Positions 1-8,787 of a stretch of 42,400 nt of DNA are shown one piece after another. Origin of the DNA: a virus (taxonomy: Duplodnaviria; Caudoviricetes); IMG/VR virus record IMGVR_UViG_3300023197_000064, positions 1 through 42,400 of that record, one strand, 5' to 3'. A model generated the notes under the pieces. That model was not told where the DNA came from and ran no database searches. It saw nothing but the letters and a program-made list of their open reading frames with translations. Both the position numbers and the translations under genes were made by a program. Numbering within the stretch: the stretch's first letter is position 1; every line of letters begins with the position of its first letter.

Positions 1-252
1 CGCAGCGTCCCGCAAACGGCCGATCCGAGCGAAAATGCCGGCGGTTCTCATGACGTTGCGCTCACTTCAATCCCTGTGCGCTTTCCACGGAAACACCACA
101 GCCCCGGCGCCGGTTCCCGGGCACGTCGGCGAGAGCGCGATGAGCCGACGTCGAAGCCGTTTGCCAGCCTCCTCACGCCCTCGCATTTTTCCAAGATCGC
201 CGCGGACGGCAGCGCGCAATTTCCTTGCCGTCAAGGCAGCATGGGAACACGG

Positions 253-273
253 TGTGCCCCGCCACATGGTCTT
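253..273 (+). repeat. Left end (attL-like): terminal TG plus first transposase-binding motif
   Basis: TGTGCCCCGCCACATGGTCTT versus reverse-complemented right end TGTAGCGCGCCACGTGGTTTT; same TGT-N4-CGCCACRTGGT spacing. Confidence 0.8.
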
Positions 274-372
274 GGTGAACCGGGATATGCCGAGAAATTG
301 GGGGATATTCTGGGATAGATCGGGGCGGATCAGGGGGGTTGGGAGGCGCTGGGCGCACGCTGGTGCGCGGTG

Positions 373-617
373 GAAGTGGCAACCGCTACGCCACTTCAGA
401 AGGTGGCCGCGCAAAGTGGTTTTGAAGTGGGCGTACGGCCGTGTAAGGCCGCGATGCAGCCGCCCCACGACAGGGAACGGTTACGGGGTCGTGGCGCTAA
501 GCCGCAACTAAGGTTGCTGCTTGCCACACTCCCGACTGCGGATCGTAACAGGCTGCGCACGCGGTATTTTGATGCGGCGCCAGTGTGGAGGCGCGCACGA
601 GAAGTGGCAACCGCTAC
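373..617 (+). repeat. 17-bp direct repeat GAAGTGGCAACCGCTAC (373-389, 601-617) in a non-coding region rich in AAGTGG/CCACTT
   Basis: Exact repeat seen in the sequence, between the left end and the repressor 3' end. Confidence 0.7.
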
Positions 618-769
618 CGCTACATGGTGACCGCGCACTTCCCGGCTCAGGGCAAGAAGTGGGAAGCGTGCTTCCTACTTGCCGGCGATGTGTGTGCAGG
701 CCAATTATGTCGCAAAAACAGTGGGTTGTCCGAACAGGTTCGGCGATGCAGCCGAGCGGAACTGGGAAA

Positions 770-1537
770 TCACGTTAGGCGCGCGACCATGCAGACGCGG
801 CCAACGACCGTGAGCTGGCTCGCCTCCGCCGCGTCCAGGCGTTCCTCATGGTAAGCGGGGTTGTCGCTGCGGACAACGACGTGGCCGCGGATGTCGCGTT
901 GGACGCGCTTCACCTTTAATTGTCCGGCGTATTCAAGGACATAAATAGCATCGTCGGCGATGCGTTCGATGCCGCGATCCACCAGCACCAGGTCGCCGCT
1001 GCGGATCGTCGGCTCCATGCTATCGCCCACGGCCGTGATCAGGGCGAGCTTGTTCGGTGTAGTGTGTAAAACGTTGTAAATCCACCTTTTGCCAAGGGCA
1101 AAGTGATCGACAACGTTCTCGGCAGCCAAGTCGCGCCCGCCGCCAGCGGCGGCCTCCGCGCTGTAAAGCGGCACAACGGCAAAGTCATCATCATCATGGT
1201 GAGTTCGGTCCGCCGGTGACGGAGCCGGTGTCGGACTGGAAGCGGCCGTCTCGGCCTGCGCGGGCGATTGCAGGGGCTGTCCGGTAGCGAGCCACTGGAC
1301 GGAGACGCCAGCAGCGTCGGCCAACGCGCAAAGGACATCAACCGGTGTCGTTGCCCCCCGAGTGTACCGCTTTATCTGTTGAACAGATTTGTTGGACGCT
1401 GCGGCAGCGTGTGTGGGCCCGAGCTGCTCGACAACCCATCGAAGCCGGCTTGACAGTTCAGAAGTGGAACCGTCAAGCGCGCTTTCCGGTTCTGCGCGCC
1501 CCTCTTCGCCCCGAGTTTTTTCAGCGTTCTCGGTCAC
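770..1537 (-). CDS. Phage repressor, N-terminal HTH plus C-terminal S24 (LexA/CI-type) peptidase
   Basis: HTH-like N-terminus (DVLCALADAAGVSVQWLATG), AAAGGG cleavage-region motif, GDSMEPTIRSGDLVLVD, LKVKR, SDNPAY; divergent from Ner. Confidence 0.92.
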   Translation of the reverse strand: MTENAEKTRGEEGRAEPESALDGSTSELSSRLRWVVEQLGPTHAAAASNKSVQQIKRYTRGATTPVDVLCALADAAGVSVQWLATGQPLQSPAQAETAASSPTPAPSPADRTHHDDDDFAVVPLYSAEAAAGGGRDLAAENVVDHFALGKRWIYNVLHTTPNKLALITAVGDSMEPTIRSGDLVLVDRGIERIADDAIYVLEYAGQLKVKRVQRDIRGHVVVRSDNPAYHEERLDAAEASQLTVVGRVCMVARLT

Positions 1538-1594
1538 TTACGCTTTATCTCCATATCTGTTTTGCGCATTAGAACCGTAAAGCGGCTACCCCTC

Positions 1595-1623
1595 TTGATC
1601 TGGTGACCAGATATGTCTATCGT
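1595..1623 (+). promoter_or_regulatory. Candidate early promoter with overlapping palindromic operator
   Basis: TTGATC-N17-TATCGT upstream of ner; inverted repeat ATCTGG-TGA-CCAGAT at 1598-1612 overlaps the -35 and spacer. Confidence 0.55.
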
Positions 1624-1688
1624 CAGTCACACAGTTGACCTTCGAGGCCCGAGAAAAGCCGGCGCGCAGGCCGGCGGCAGAGGAGCGG

Positions 1689-1976
1689 ATGCCGCGACGC
1701 ACGAACCTTCATCCGGCCGATGTGCAGGCCCGTGTGCGGAAGGCGGGCGGCTCGCTCATCGGGATCGCGCGCGAGATGGGTGTGGACCATTCGACGGTCA
1801 GCCACGCCCTGCGCCGTCCGATCCCGCGCGTGAACCGCCAGATCGCCGCGTTCCTTGGCAAGCGGCTCTGCGACCTATGGCCGGAGTGGTTCGACGCCGA
1901 CGGGCACCGATCCTCCACCGCCAACGGTACGCAGGCGCCGGGCCGGAGTCAGCGTCAAAAAGCGAGGGCGGCATGA
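1689..1976 (+). CDS. ner: Ner-like DNA-binding protein
   Basis: MPRRTNLHPADVQARVRKAGGSL...RVNRQIAAFLGKRLCDLWPEWF is the Ner/SfsB pattern; AGGAG RBS; first gene of the early operon. Confidence 0.85.
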   Translation: MPRRTNLHPADVQARVRKAGGSLIGIAREMGVDHSTVSHALRRPIPRVNRQIAAFLGKRLCDLWPEWFDADGHRSSTANGTQAPGRSQRQKARAA

Positions 1977-2266
1977 ACGAGCAGGACCGGGACAACCGCA
2001 GCATGGCTGACACGCCGGACGGGGTAGATCAGGGCGTGTCGGGTTCGGCCGAAGCCCCCGACCCGGACCGGGTGGTCCCCCGTGACCAGGTCGCGCCCTT
2101 CCTAGAGGGGCTGGGGCTCTTCGAGCGCCGTCTGACCGCCCGGCAGTGGGCGGCCATCGGCCACCAGACCCTCCTCGTCGAGCTGGGGTGTTTCCCGGCT
2201 ACTTCTCTTCGTCAGCTCTGTGAAGGGCTCGAAGCTCCCTCAAACGCTCAAGGGCCGGACGATTGA
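1973..2266 (+). CDS. Hypothetical protein (97 aa)
   Basis: ATGA overlap with the ner stop; MNEQDRDN... Confidence 0.55.
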   Translation: MNEQDRDNRSMADTPDGVDQGVSGSAEAPDPDRVVPRDQVAPFLEGLGLFERRLTARQWAAIGHQTLLVELGCFPATSLRQLCEGLEAPSNAQGPDD

Positions 2267-2474
2267 ATTCGGCTACGCGCGGGTCGCTGGCTTCAATGTC
2301 CGCTTCGAGGTCAGAAATAATGTCGTCGATCGAGACGGTTTCGCTGGTCTCAAAGCGCTCCAAGACCTTGGTGGCGATCAGGCGTGCCAGGAATGTGTGC
2401 CCGCCTTCGCTCCACGTACGGACCATCGTGTCACCGAGCTTGCGGGCGTCCTGTCGCGGGTCGTTCTCGGACAT
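2199..2474 (-). CDS. Hypothetical moron-like protein (91 aa)
   Basis: Antisense to the early operon, lower GC, AGGGGAAAC RBS, duplicated upstream promoter element. Confidence 0.7.
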   Translation of the reverse strand: MSENDPRQDARKLGDTMVRTWSEGGHTFLARLIATKVLERFETSETVSIDDIISDLEADIEASDPRVAEFNRPALERLRELRALHRADEEK

Positions 2475-2513
2475 CGGTTTCCCCTGCCTCTCCGTTGTTC
2501 CCGCACGTGACGG

Positions 2514-3026
2514 TAAGGGGATTCGGGCCGGTCGTCATCGCGCGACGGTGGCGGCCGGTCCGTCATTCACGTCAAAGCAGGAGGTGGGTTATGAGCGCAG
2601 CTACTCGGTATCGGGATCAGATGAGGCGTCTCCGGGGCCATCTCGCCGAGATGCGGAGAGCCGCCGAAGCAATTCGTGCTGTGATGCGATTGTCATAGCC
2701 GATCCTGTCTCGGAAAAGACGCCCTCAAATTCCTTGAGCAGGTCGCCGGCGGCTTCGATCGGCTCGGCGGCCTCTTCTCCCATTTGTGAGCGGGTGAAGT
2801 CGGCCGTTTTTTGTAAATGCTCCAGTATATCGGATCTGTCGAGGACGCCTTTATCGATCAATATGCCCGCAAGGGAAATGAAGAGCATCGTGTTCCCTTT
2901 GACCAGGCTCTCGATCTCTTCAAAGCGTTTTTCTGACATCTGTTTCCCCTCCGTCGCTTCGTTGGGCACCCGCGACGATAAGGGGATTCGGGCCGGTCGT
3001 CATCGCGCGACGGTGGCGGCCGGTCC
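2514..3026. repeat. 48-bp exact direct repeat (2514-2561, 2979-3026) upstream of two antisense genes
   Basis: TAAGGGGATTCGGGCCGGTCGTCATCGCGCGACGGTGGCGGCCGGTCC occurs twice, 465 bp apart; on the minus strand each reads ATGACG-N17-TAYCGT. Confidence 0.9.
2601..2939 (-). CDS. Hypothetical moron-like protein (112 aa, MSEKRFEE...)
   Basis: GGAGGGGAAACAG-ATG RBS; same leader architecture as 2199..2474. Confidence 0.7.
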   Translation of the reverse strand: MSEKRFEEIESLVKGNTMLFISLAGILIDKGVLDRSDILEHLQKTADFTRSQMGEEAAEPIEAAGDLLKEFEGVFSETGSAMTIASQHELLRRLSASRRDGPGDASSDPDTE

Positions 3027-3056
3027 CTCGCGCGCGGCGGGCCGGGAGGCCCTGGC

Positions 3057-3527
3057 GTGATGGCGCGCCAGCGGACAGATGCGGCGACGATGGACCTGCT
3101 CACCTGGGAGCGGGCCGAGACGCTGGTGTCGCGCTACGACGACCGGCAGGTGCGCACGGTCACGCTGCGCTCGAAGATCGCGCGGGCCGTGGCGGAGACG
3201 CTGCGCGAGGCCGACAAGGCACGCGAGCAGATCGCCCAGGACATGACCGAGTGGCTGGGGGAGGACGTCACCAAGAACATGCTGGACGCGTACGCGAGCG
3301 AGGCGCGGGAGGATCACACCATCCCGTTCCTGCGCCTGCTGGCGCTCGTCCACGTCACGGGCGACACGCGGCCGCTGCAGCTCGGCGCGGAGCAATTCGG
3401 CTGCGCGGTGGTGGAGGATCGCTACCTGCCTTGGGTCGAGGCGGGGCAGCTCGCGGAAGTCCGGGACAAGGCGGAACAAGAGCTGCAGGCCGCGCGCCGG
3501 CGCGCGCGCAAGGGGGTGCGGGGATGA
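3057..3527 (+). CDS. Mu-like prophage early hypothetical/regulatory protein
   Basis: REQIAQDMTEWLGEDVTKNMLDAYASEAREDH motif typical of proteins just upstream of transposases in Mu-like prophages; GC-rich codon use. Confidence 0.75.
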   Translation: MMARQRTDAATMDLLTWERAETLVSRYDDRQVRTVTLRSKIARAVAETLREADKAREQIAQDMTEWLGEDVTKNMLDAYASEAREDHTIPFLRLLALVHVTGDTRPLQLGAEQFGCAVVEDRYLPWVEAGQLAEVRDKAEQELQAARRRARKGVRG

Positions 3528-4120
3528 TGGTGCGCGAACGGCTACGGCAGGTCTTGGAGATCCGCCGCACAGTCCTGATCAGCGCCGACCGCCCCGTCAC
3601 GGTCCTCGTGCGCGACCTCGATCATCTGGGGGTGCGCTGGGCATCTGCGATGGTGCGGGGTGAGTGGGCACTGCGCAGGGCCGCTGAATGGGAGGCGCGC
3701 GCACTCTTCTTCCTCCCGGAACTCGCTTTCGGCGCCCAAAAGGTCCTCACCGATTTGCTGGCGCGCTTGCATAAGGGCGTCGTTCGACATGTCCAGCGGC
3801 GAACGCCGGGGGCGTTTCGGCCATCTTTGGGCATCTTTTCCTTGTCCTTGCGCCTGCTCCAGTTCGGCCTCGCCATGCATGAGGCGCGGATGTCGGCCAT
3901 CGACTGCCAGCGCGCCAACATGCGCGCACGGTTCGCCCTGAGACCGCTACAGCACAAGCTGCGGTGCCGGCATCAGGTTCTTCAATGCTTCGATGAGCAT
4001 GATCTCGTCGAGGCGCGGCCGCGGCGCAGCAGTGAATGGGCATGCCTCCACCCATCACCGGTTACGCATCAGGCTGTGATGCCAGATAGTCGCCACGTCG
4101 GCGGAGGCGGCCGGCCATGA
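3524..4120 (+). CDS. Hypothetical protein (198 aa)
   Basis: ATGA overlaps with both neighbours; 3' half has atypical codon use. Confidence 0.4.
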   Translation: MMVRERLRQVLEIRRTVLISADRPVTVLVRDLDHLGVRWASAMVRGEWALRRAAEWEARALFFLPELAFGAQKVLTDLLARLHKGVVRHVQRRTPGAFRPSLGIFSLSLRLLQFGLAMHEARMSAIDCQRANMRARFALRPLQHKLRCRHQVLQCFDEHDLVEARPRRSSEWACLHPSPVTHQAVMPDSRHVGGGGRP

Positions 4121-6336
4121 AGCGCTGGTACACCGCCGCCGAGCTGGCCGAGCTGACCCTGCCCGATATGCCGGGCACCAAGCAGGGCGTCGCCGAGGTG
4201 GCGCGCCGCGAGGGCTGGCAGGAGCGCGTTGACCCCGACGGCAAGCCGCTCTCGCGCCGGCGCCAGGGGCGTGGCGGTGGCTGGGAGTACAACGTCGCGC
4301 TGTTGCCGGAGCGGGCGCGGGCAGCGTTGGCGGCGCGGCACGCGCCGGTGGGCGAGCCGGCGGCGGACGAGAGCACGTCGTCCCAGCGCGGGCTGGCCGA
4401 GACGGCGGGCCTGGATGAGCGCCGCCGGCGCCGCGCGGAAGCGCGGGCGGCGATCGTGCACGCCTGCCGCCGCTATATCCGTGACGGCGATCTGCAGATG
4501 GAGCGCGGGCTGTGGCTGTTCGCCGAGGCCTACAACCGCGGCGAGGTCGCCGTGGCGGGCTGGGTTCAGTCCGAGGTCGAGCGCGTCAGCCGCGGGTCGC
4601 TGCGCAACTGGTGGAAGCAGCTCGACCGCGAGGGGTTGGCGCGGCTGGCCGGGAAGTACGGCAACCGCCGGGGCACCGGGCAGATCGACCGGGTGCCGGA
4701 GATGCGGGAGGTGGTGGAGGCGATGCTCTACACCTACCCGCACGCCTCGGCGAAGCACGTGATGCGGGCGCTGCGGGCGCGCTTCGCGGAAGATCAGATG
4801 CCCGCATTCCGGACGGTGCAGCGCTACATCACCCAGTGGAAGAAGGCCAACAAGCAGGTCCACGCCAAGGCGCAGAGCCCCGACGGCTGGCGCAGCGCGC
4901 ATCAGGCCGCGTCGGGCGTGCAGGCCGAGACGGTGGCGCGGCTGAACCAGGTGTGGGAGTTGGACAGCACGAAAGCCGACGTGATGCTGGCCGACGGCAA
5001 GCGCCACGCCATCATCGCCGGCATCGACGTGTACTCCCGCCGGCTGAAGCTGGTGGTGGACCGCACCAGCCGGTCGGGCGGCATCGCCGCGCTGCTGCGC
5101 CGGTCGCTGCTGGACTGGGGTGTGCCGGAGGCGATCAAGACCGACAACGGCACGGACTACGTGAGCCGCCACATCACGGGCGTGTTCGCGGCGCTGGATA
5201 TCGACCAGCAGCTCTGCCCGCCGTTCAGCCCCGACAAGAAACCCTTCGTTGAAAGGGCTTTAAAAACTTTCCTCCACGACCTGGTGGAGCTGCTGCCGGG
5301 CTACACCGGCCACAACGTGGCCGAGCGCAAGGCCCTGGAGGATCAGCAGGCCTTCGCCGACCGGCTGATGCGCGCGGGTGATGACCCGATCCGCGACGTC
5401 CAGCACCTCACCCCGGCGCAGCTGCAGGACATCTGCGACCGGTGGTGCGAGAACATCTACGAGCAGCAGCCGCACGGCGGGCTCGGCGGCAAGTCGCCGT
5501 TCGAGGTGGCGCAGGCCTGGGGGCAGCGCGTGCGTCGCATCGAGGACGAGCGGGCGCTGGACGTGCTGCTGTCCGCGCCCGTCGGCGACGGCTGGCGGAC
5601 GGTGCGCAAGAAGGGCATCCAGCTCTTCAATACCTACTACGACGACCCGGCGCTGGGCGGCCTGGAGGGGCAGCGCGTCCAGGTGCTGATAGACGAGGCC
5701 GACGCCTCGCACCTCTTCGTGTTCTCCGAGCAGGGCGAGTTCGTCTGCAAGGCCTTCGCGCCCGAGGCATCCGGGTTGTCGCGCCAGGAGCTGGCCGCAA
5801 AGCGCCGCGCCAACCAGCGCCAGGCCGTCAACGCCGGCACGGCCGCCCTGCGCCGGAGCGCGCGCAGCCAGGACGTCAGCAACATCGCGGGCGAGATCCT
5901 GGATCAGGCGGAGCAGCGGCGCGCCAAGGTCGCCAGTTTTCCGACGCCGAGCGAGACGCACCGCACGGGCGCGCTGGACGAGGCGGGCAAGGCCGCCCGC
6001 GCCGGGCGCGCGCCCGAAGCGGCGCCGCGCAGTGCGGCCGAGGAGGAGCAACACCGCCGGGTGGTGGAGGATCTCAGCGCCCACCGCCCGGCGGCCAAGG
6101 AGCCGTTTCAGCCACCCAAGGATCCACTGGAGCGCACGATCCTGCGGCTGGATATCGCCGACGCTCAGGCCTGCGGCGAGGCATTCGACGCGGACGCCGT
6201 GGCCTGGGCGCAGAGATACGCCGCCACCGACAGGGGGCGGCGCGAGATGGAAACCCAGCAGGAATTCGCGGAAGCGCGCCGGGCTCTCCGGCAGGGAGCG
6301 CACGCCCGGCGCGCAACCGCAAAGAAAGGAGCCTAG
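4117..6336 (+). CDS. Mu-like DDE transposase A
   Basis: N-terminal Mu-HTH (WYTAAELA...GRGGGWEY), WELDST (D), IKTDNGTDY (D), KKPFVER (E), Mu transposase C-terminal RTVRKKGIQL. Confidence 0.95.
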   Translation: MKRWYTAAELAELTLPDMPGTKQGVAEVARREGWQERVDPDGKPLSRRRQGRGGGWEYNVALLPERARAALAARHAPVGEPAADESTSSQRGLAETAGLDERRRRRAEARAAIVHACRRYIRDGDLQMERGLWLFAEAYNRGEVAVAGWVQSEVERVSRGSLRNWWKQLDREGLARLAGKYGNRRGTGQIDRVPEMREVVEAMLYTYPHASAKHVMRALRARFAEDQMPAFRTVQRYITQWKKANKQVHAKAQSPDGWRSAHQAASGVQAETVARLNQVWELDSTKADVMLADGKRHAIIAGIDVYSRRLKLVVDRTSRSGGIAALLRRSLLDWGVPEAIKTDNGTDYVSRHITGVFAALDIDQQLCPPFSPDKKPFVERALKTFLHDLVELLPGYTGHNVAERKALEDQQAFADRLMRAGDDPIRDVQHLTPAQLQDICDRWCENIYEQQPHGGLGGKSPFEVAQAWGQRVRRIEDERALDVLLSAPVGDGWRTVRKKGIQLFNTYYDDPALGGLEGQRVQVLIDEADASHLFVFSEQGEFVCKAFAPEASGLSRQELAAKRRANQRQAVNAGTAALRRSARSQDVSNIAGEILDQAEQRRAKVASFPTPSETHRTGALDEAGKAARAGRAPEAAPRSAAEEEQHRRVVEDLSAHRPAAKEPFQPPKDPLERTILRLDIADAQACGEAFDADAVAWAQRYAATDRGRREMETQQEFAEARRALRQGAHARRATAKKGA

Positions 6337-6339
6337 GGT

Positions 6340-7077
6340 ATGACGAACGTCGATCCGCCGATCAACGGGACGACGGCGCCGCTGCGCAATGTGGCGCTGT
6401 TTCAGAGCCTTGTCCAGGAAGTTGTGAACCGGCCGCGTCACCTGCCCGGTATGGCCACGTTCCACGGCTTCAGCGGCTACGGCAAGACGAAGGCCGCCAC
6501 ATATGCGGCTAACAAGTTCCGGGCCTACTACATCGAGGTCGGGGAGAGCTGGACCAAGCGCAAGTTCATCCAAGCGTTGGCCACGGAGTTGGGGCTGGAT
6601 ACCCGCGGCACGGTCGCGGACCTGGTGGACAAGATCATCGCCCAGCTCGTGATCACCGACCGCCCGATCATCATCGATGAGTTCGATCATGTGGTGCGGC
6701 GCCGGTACCACGAGGTGATCCGCGAGATCCACGACAAGTCGGACGCGCCGATGCTGCTCATCGGCGAAGAGCTGCTGCCTCAGCTTCTGCAGGCCTCCGA
6801 GCGCTTCCACAACCGCATGATCAACTGGGTTCCCGCGCAGCCGTCCGACGGCAGCGACGCGGCGCAGCTCGCCCAGCTCTTCGCGCCGGAGATTGCGCTG
6901 GCCGACGACCTGGCGGCGCAGGTGGCGGAGACCTCGGCCGGCCAGGTGCGCCGGATCGCGGTGAACATCGAGCGCATCCGCCAGGAAGCCGCGATCAACG
7001 GCTGGGAGATGGTGGACGCCGCGACGTGGGGCGGCCGCGAGCTGTTCGCCGGGCGTCCGCCGGCGCGGAGGCAATAA
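6340..7077 (+). CDS. MuB-like AAA+ transposition ATPase
   Basis: Walker A GFSGYGKT, Walker B IIIDE; immediately after the transposase. Confidence 0.93.
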   Translation: MTNVDPPINGTTAPLRNVALFQSLVQEVVNRPRHLPGMATFHGFSGYGKTKAATYAANKFRAYYIEVGESWTKRKFIQALATELGLDTRGTVADLVDKIIAQLVITDRPIIIDEFDHVVRRRYHEVIREIHDKSDAPMLLIGEELLPQLLQASERFHNRMINWVPAQPSDGSDAAQLAQLFAPEIALADDLAAQVAETSAGQVRRIAVNIERIRQEAAINGWEMVDAATWGGRELFAGRPPARRQ

Positions 7078-7079
7078 CG

Positions 7080-7706
7080 ATGGCGAACCGGCCGATCGAC
7101 GAGCGGGTGCGCCTGTCGGTCCGGGTGCCCCGCGGCATCCAGGGGTACTGGGACATCATGCGGCGGCTATCAGCCGAGCAGGGCGTGTTCACGCTGCGCG
7201 ACGTGGACCTCCAGTCGAACGTCAACAAAGACGCGATCCGCGACTTCCTCAAGCGCCTGGAGCGCGCGGGCTACGTCGCGCACACGGGCTACCGCGACAA
7301 AGCCAAGCTCTACCAGCTGCGGCACGACCAGCCGGAGGCGCCTCGGCTGCGCCGCGACGGCTCGCCGGCGCGCGAGATGGGGCGCGCCAACGAGCAGGTG
7401 TGGCGCACGGCGAAGATGCTCAAGCGGTTCACCACGCGCGAGTTGGCCGTGCACGCCTCCACGGAGGACGTGCCGGTGCGCGAGGAGACGGCCTACCAGT
7501 ACCTGCGTCATCTGGAGCACGCGGGCTACGTCCGGAAGGTCGAGGCCGGGCGCCCCGGCCACAAGCCCGGTACGGGCAAGCAGGCCACCTACGCCCTGCG
7601 CCCGGACATGATCACCGGGCCGCTGGCGCCGCAGATCCAGCGCACCGACTGGGTGTGGGATCCGAACCTCAAACGGCCGATGGGCCCGGAAGGGGGTGAA
7701 GCATGA
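7080..7706 (+). CDS. Hypothetical tandem winged-helix-like early protein
   Basis: Two repeats (FLKRLERAGYV; YLRHLEHAGYV) and a TGPLAPQ...WDPN tail; usual position after B. Confidence 0.75.
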   Translation: MANRPIDERVRLSVRVPRGIQGYWDIMRRLSAEQGVFTLRDVDLQSNVNKDAIRDFLKRLERAGYVAHTGYRDKAKLYQLRHDQPEAPRLRRDGSPAREMGRANEQVWRTAKMLKRFTTRELAVHASTEDVPVREETAYQYLRHLEHAGYVRKVEAGRPGHKPGTGKQATYALRPDMITGPLAPQIQRTDWVWDPNLKRPMGPEGGEA

Positions 7707-8077
7707 GCCGCACCTCCGCTCACGAGCGCGCCCGCAAGGGCTGGGGCGAGACGCTGCCGCCGTGGATCGCGGCCCTCGCCCGCGCCTGCGACGAGGGCAC
7801 GCAAACCGATGTTGCGCGCCGGCTCGGCTACTCGGTGGCCGTGGTGAACACCGTCCTGCGTGGCACCTACCGCGGCGACACAAAGCGCGTCGAGACTGCG
7901 GTGCGCGGCGCGCTCATGGCCGAGACCGTCGCCTGCCCGGTGCTCGGCGAGATCGACAAGCAGCGGTGCCTCGCCGAGCAGGCCAAGCCCTTCGCCGCGA
8001 CCAGCAGCCTGCGGGTTCAGCTTTACCGCGCCTGCCGCAGCTGCCCGAACAATCAAGGAGGTCGCAATGCTGAGTGA
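7703..8077 (+). CDS. HTH transcriptional regulator with Cys-rich C-terminus
   Basis: QTDVARRLGYSVAVVNTVL HTH; CPVLG...C...CRSC. Confidence 0.75.
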   Translation: MSRTSAHERARKGWGETLPPWIAALARACDEGTQTDVARRLGYSVAVVNTVLRGTYRGDTKRVETAVRGALMAETVACPVLGEIDKQRCLAEQAKPFAATSSLRVQLYRACRSCPNNQGGRNAE

Positions 8078-8315
8078 CGACTTGAAGGCGGTCCAGGACA
8101 AGCTCACGGCCGCGCAGGCGGCCGGCGGGCTGTCGCGCCAGGATCTCGACGCGGCCGCGGCCAGCATCGCGCAGGCCGTCGCCGACGCGCGCCACCTGGA
8201 GGCGGCGGCGCTGACCGCGCAGGCCCGCGCCGTGCCCGAAGGCGCGAACGTCGTCTCGCTGTCGGCCCGGCGCCGGACGGCGGCGCCGGCTCCCGGCGGC
8301 GGGAGTGCGGCATGA
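8067..8315 (+). CDS. Hypothetical protein (82 aa)
   Basis: GGAGG RBS before ATG 8067; overlaps neighbours. Confidence 0.65.
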   Translation: MLSDDLKAVQDKLTAAQAAGGLSRQDLDAAAASIAQAVADARHLEAAALTAQARAVPEGANVVSLSARRRTAAPAPGGGSAA

Positions 8316-8632
8316 CGGGGCGCCTGTATCAGCCGGGCGATCGGGTGGCGCTGGCGGATGCGCCCGACACGCCCGTCGGCGAGGTGGTTGCGGTCGAGAC
8401 CCTGGGCGACCGGCAGATCCTGCGGCTGCAGGAAGCGGATGGTGCGTTCCGGGCCGTGGCGGTCGATCACGCGGGCGGCATCATCAGCGGGCCCGTGGAT
8501 CTCGACGAGGCGCACCGCCTCGCCCGCGCCGCGCTGAGCGGGCGGCCGCTGCGCGTTCCCGAGCAGCTTCAGCTGACGACACTCGCCAGCGCCTTGCTGG
8601 TGCTCACCCCGGAGCACTGGAGGTCGGCATGA
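8312..8632 (+). CDS. Hypothetical protein (106 aa)
   Basis: ATGA coupling; GC-rich codons. Confidence 0.65.
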   Translation: MTGRLYQPGDRVALADAPDTPVGEVVAVETLGDRQILRLQEADGAFRAVAVDHAGGIISGPVDLDEAHRLARAALSGRPLRVPEQLQLTTLASALLVLTPEHWRSA

Positions 8633-8775
8633 TCTGGGCGGCGAGCATGTGCAGTCCGCTGCGGGCCTTGGACCGGCTGGGGCTCCGCCCGCCCCGCCGG
8701 AAGGCCACGCGGTGGAAGCTCCTGGCGTTGTCCGGCGCGGTGAGCGCCCACAACGCGACTTTTAACGGCTTTTAA
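8629..8775 (+). CDS. Small hypothetical protein (48 aa)
   Basis: GGAGG RBS and ATGA coupling; fills the gap to the next gene. Confidence 0.4.
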   Translation: MIWAASMCSPLRALDRLGLRPPRRKATRWKLLALSGAVSAHNATFNGF

Positions 8776-8787
8776 AAGGAGGTGGCG

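Noticed and set aside
103-123. CCCGGCGCCGGTTCCCGGGCA resembling the late-promoter palindrome
   Set aside because: Outside the prophage end, lacks the GGAA half-site and has different spacing.
35-778. ORFs of 69-158 aa over the left flank and left end
   Set aside because: Several cross the phage-host junction or repeat block; Arg/Pro-rich shadow composition and no clear RBS.
2514-3026. 48-bp repeat as a CRISPR array or integron attC array
   Set aside because: Only two copies 465 bp apart, no cas or integron integrase, and no GTTRRRY/RYYYAAC core sites recognised.
3542-4000. Possible antisense gene remnant (MHGEAELEQAQG...) within 3524..4120
   Set aside because: Interrupted by a stop upstream, no RBS or recognisable family; cannot be separated from a shadow frame.
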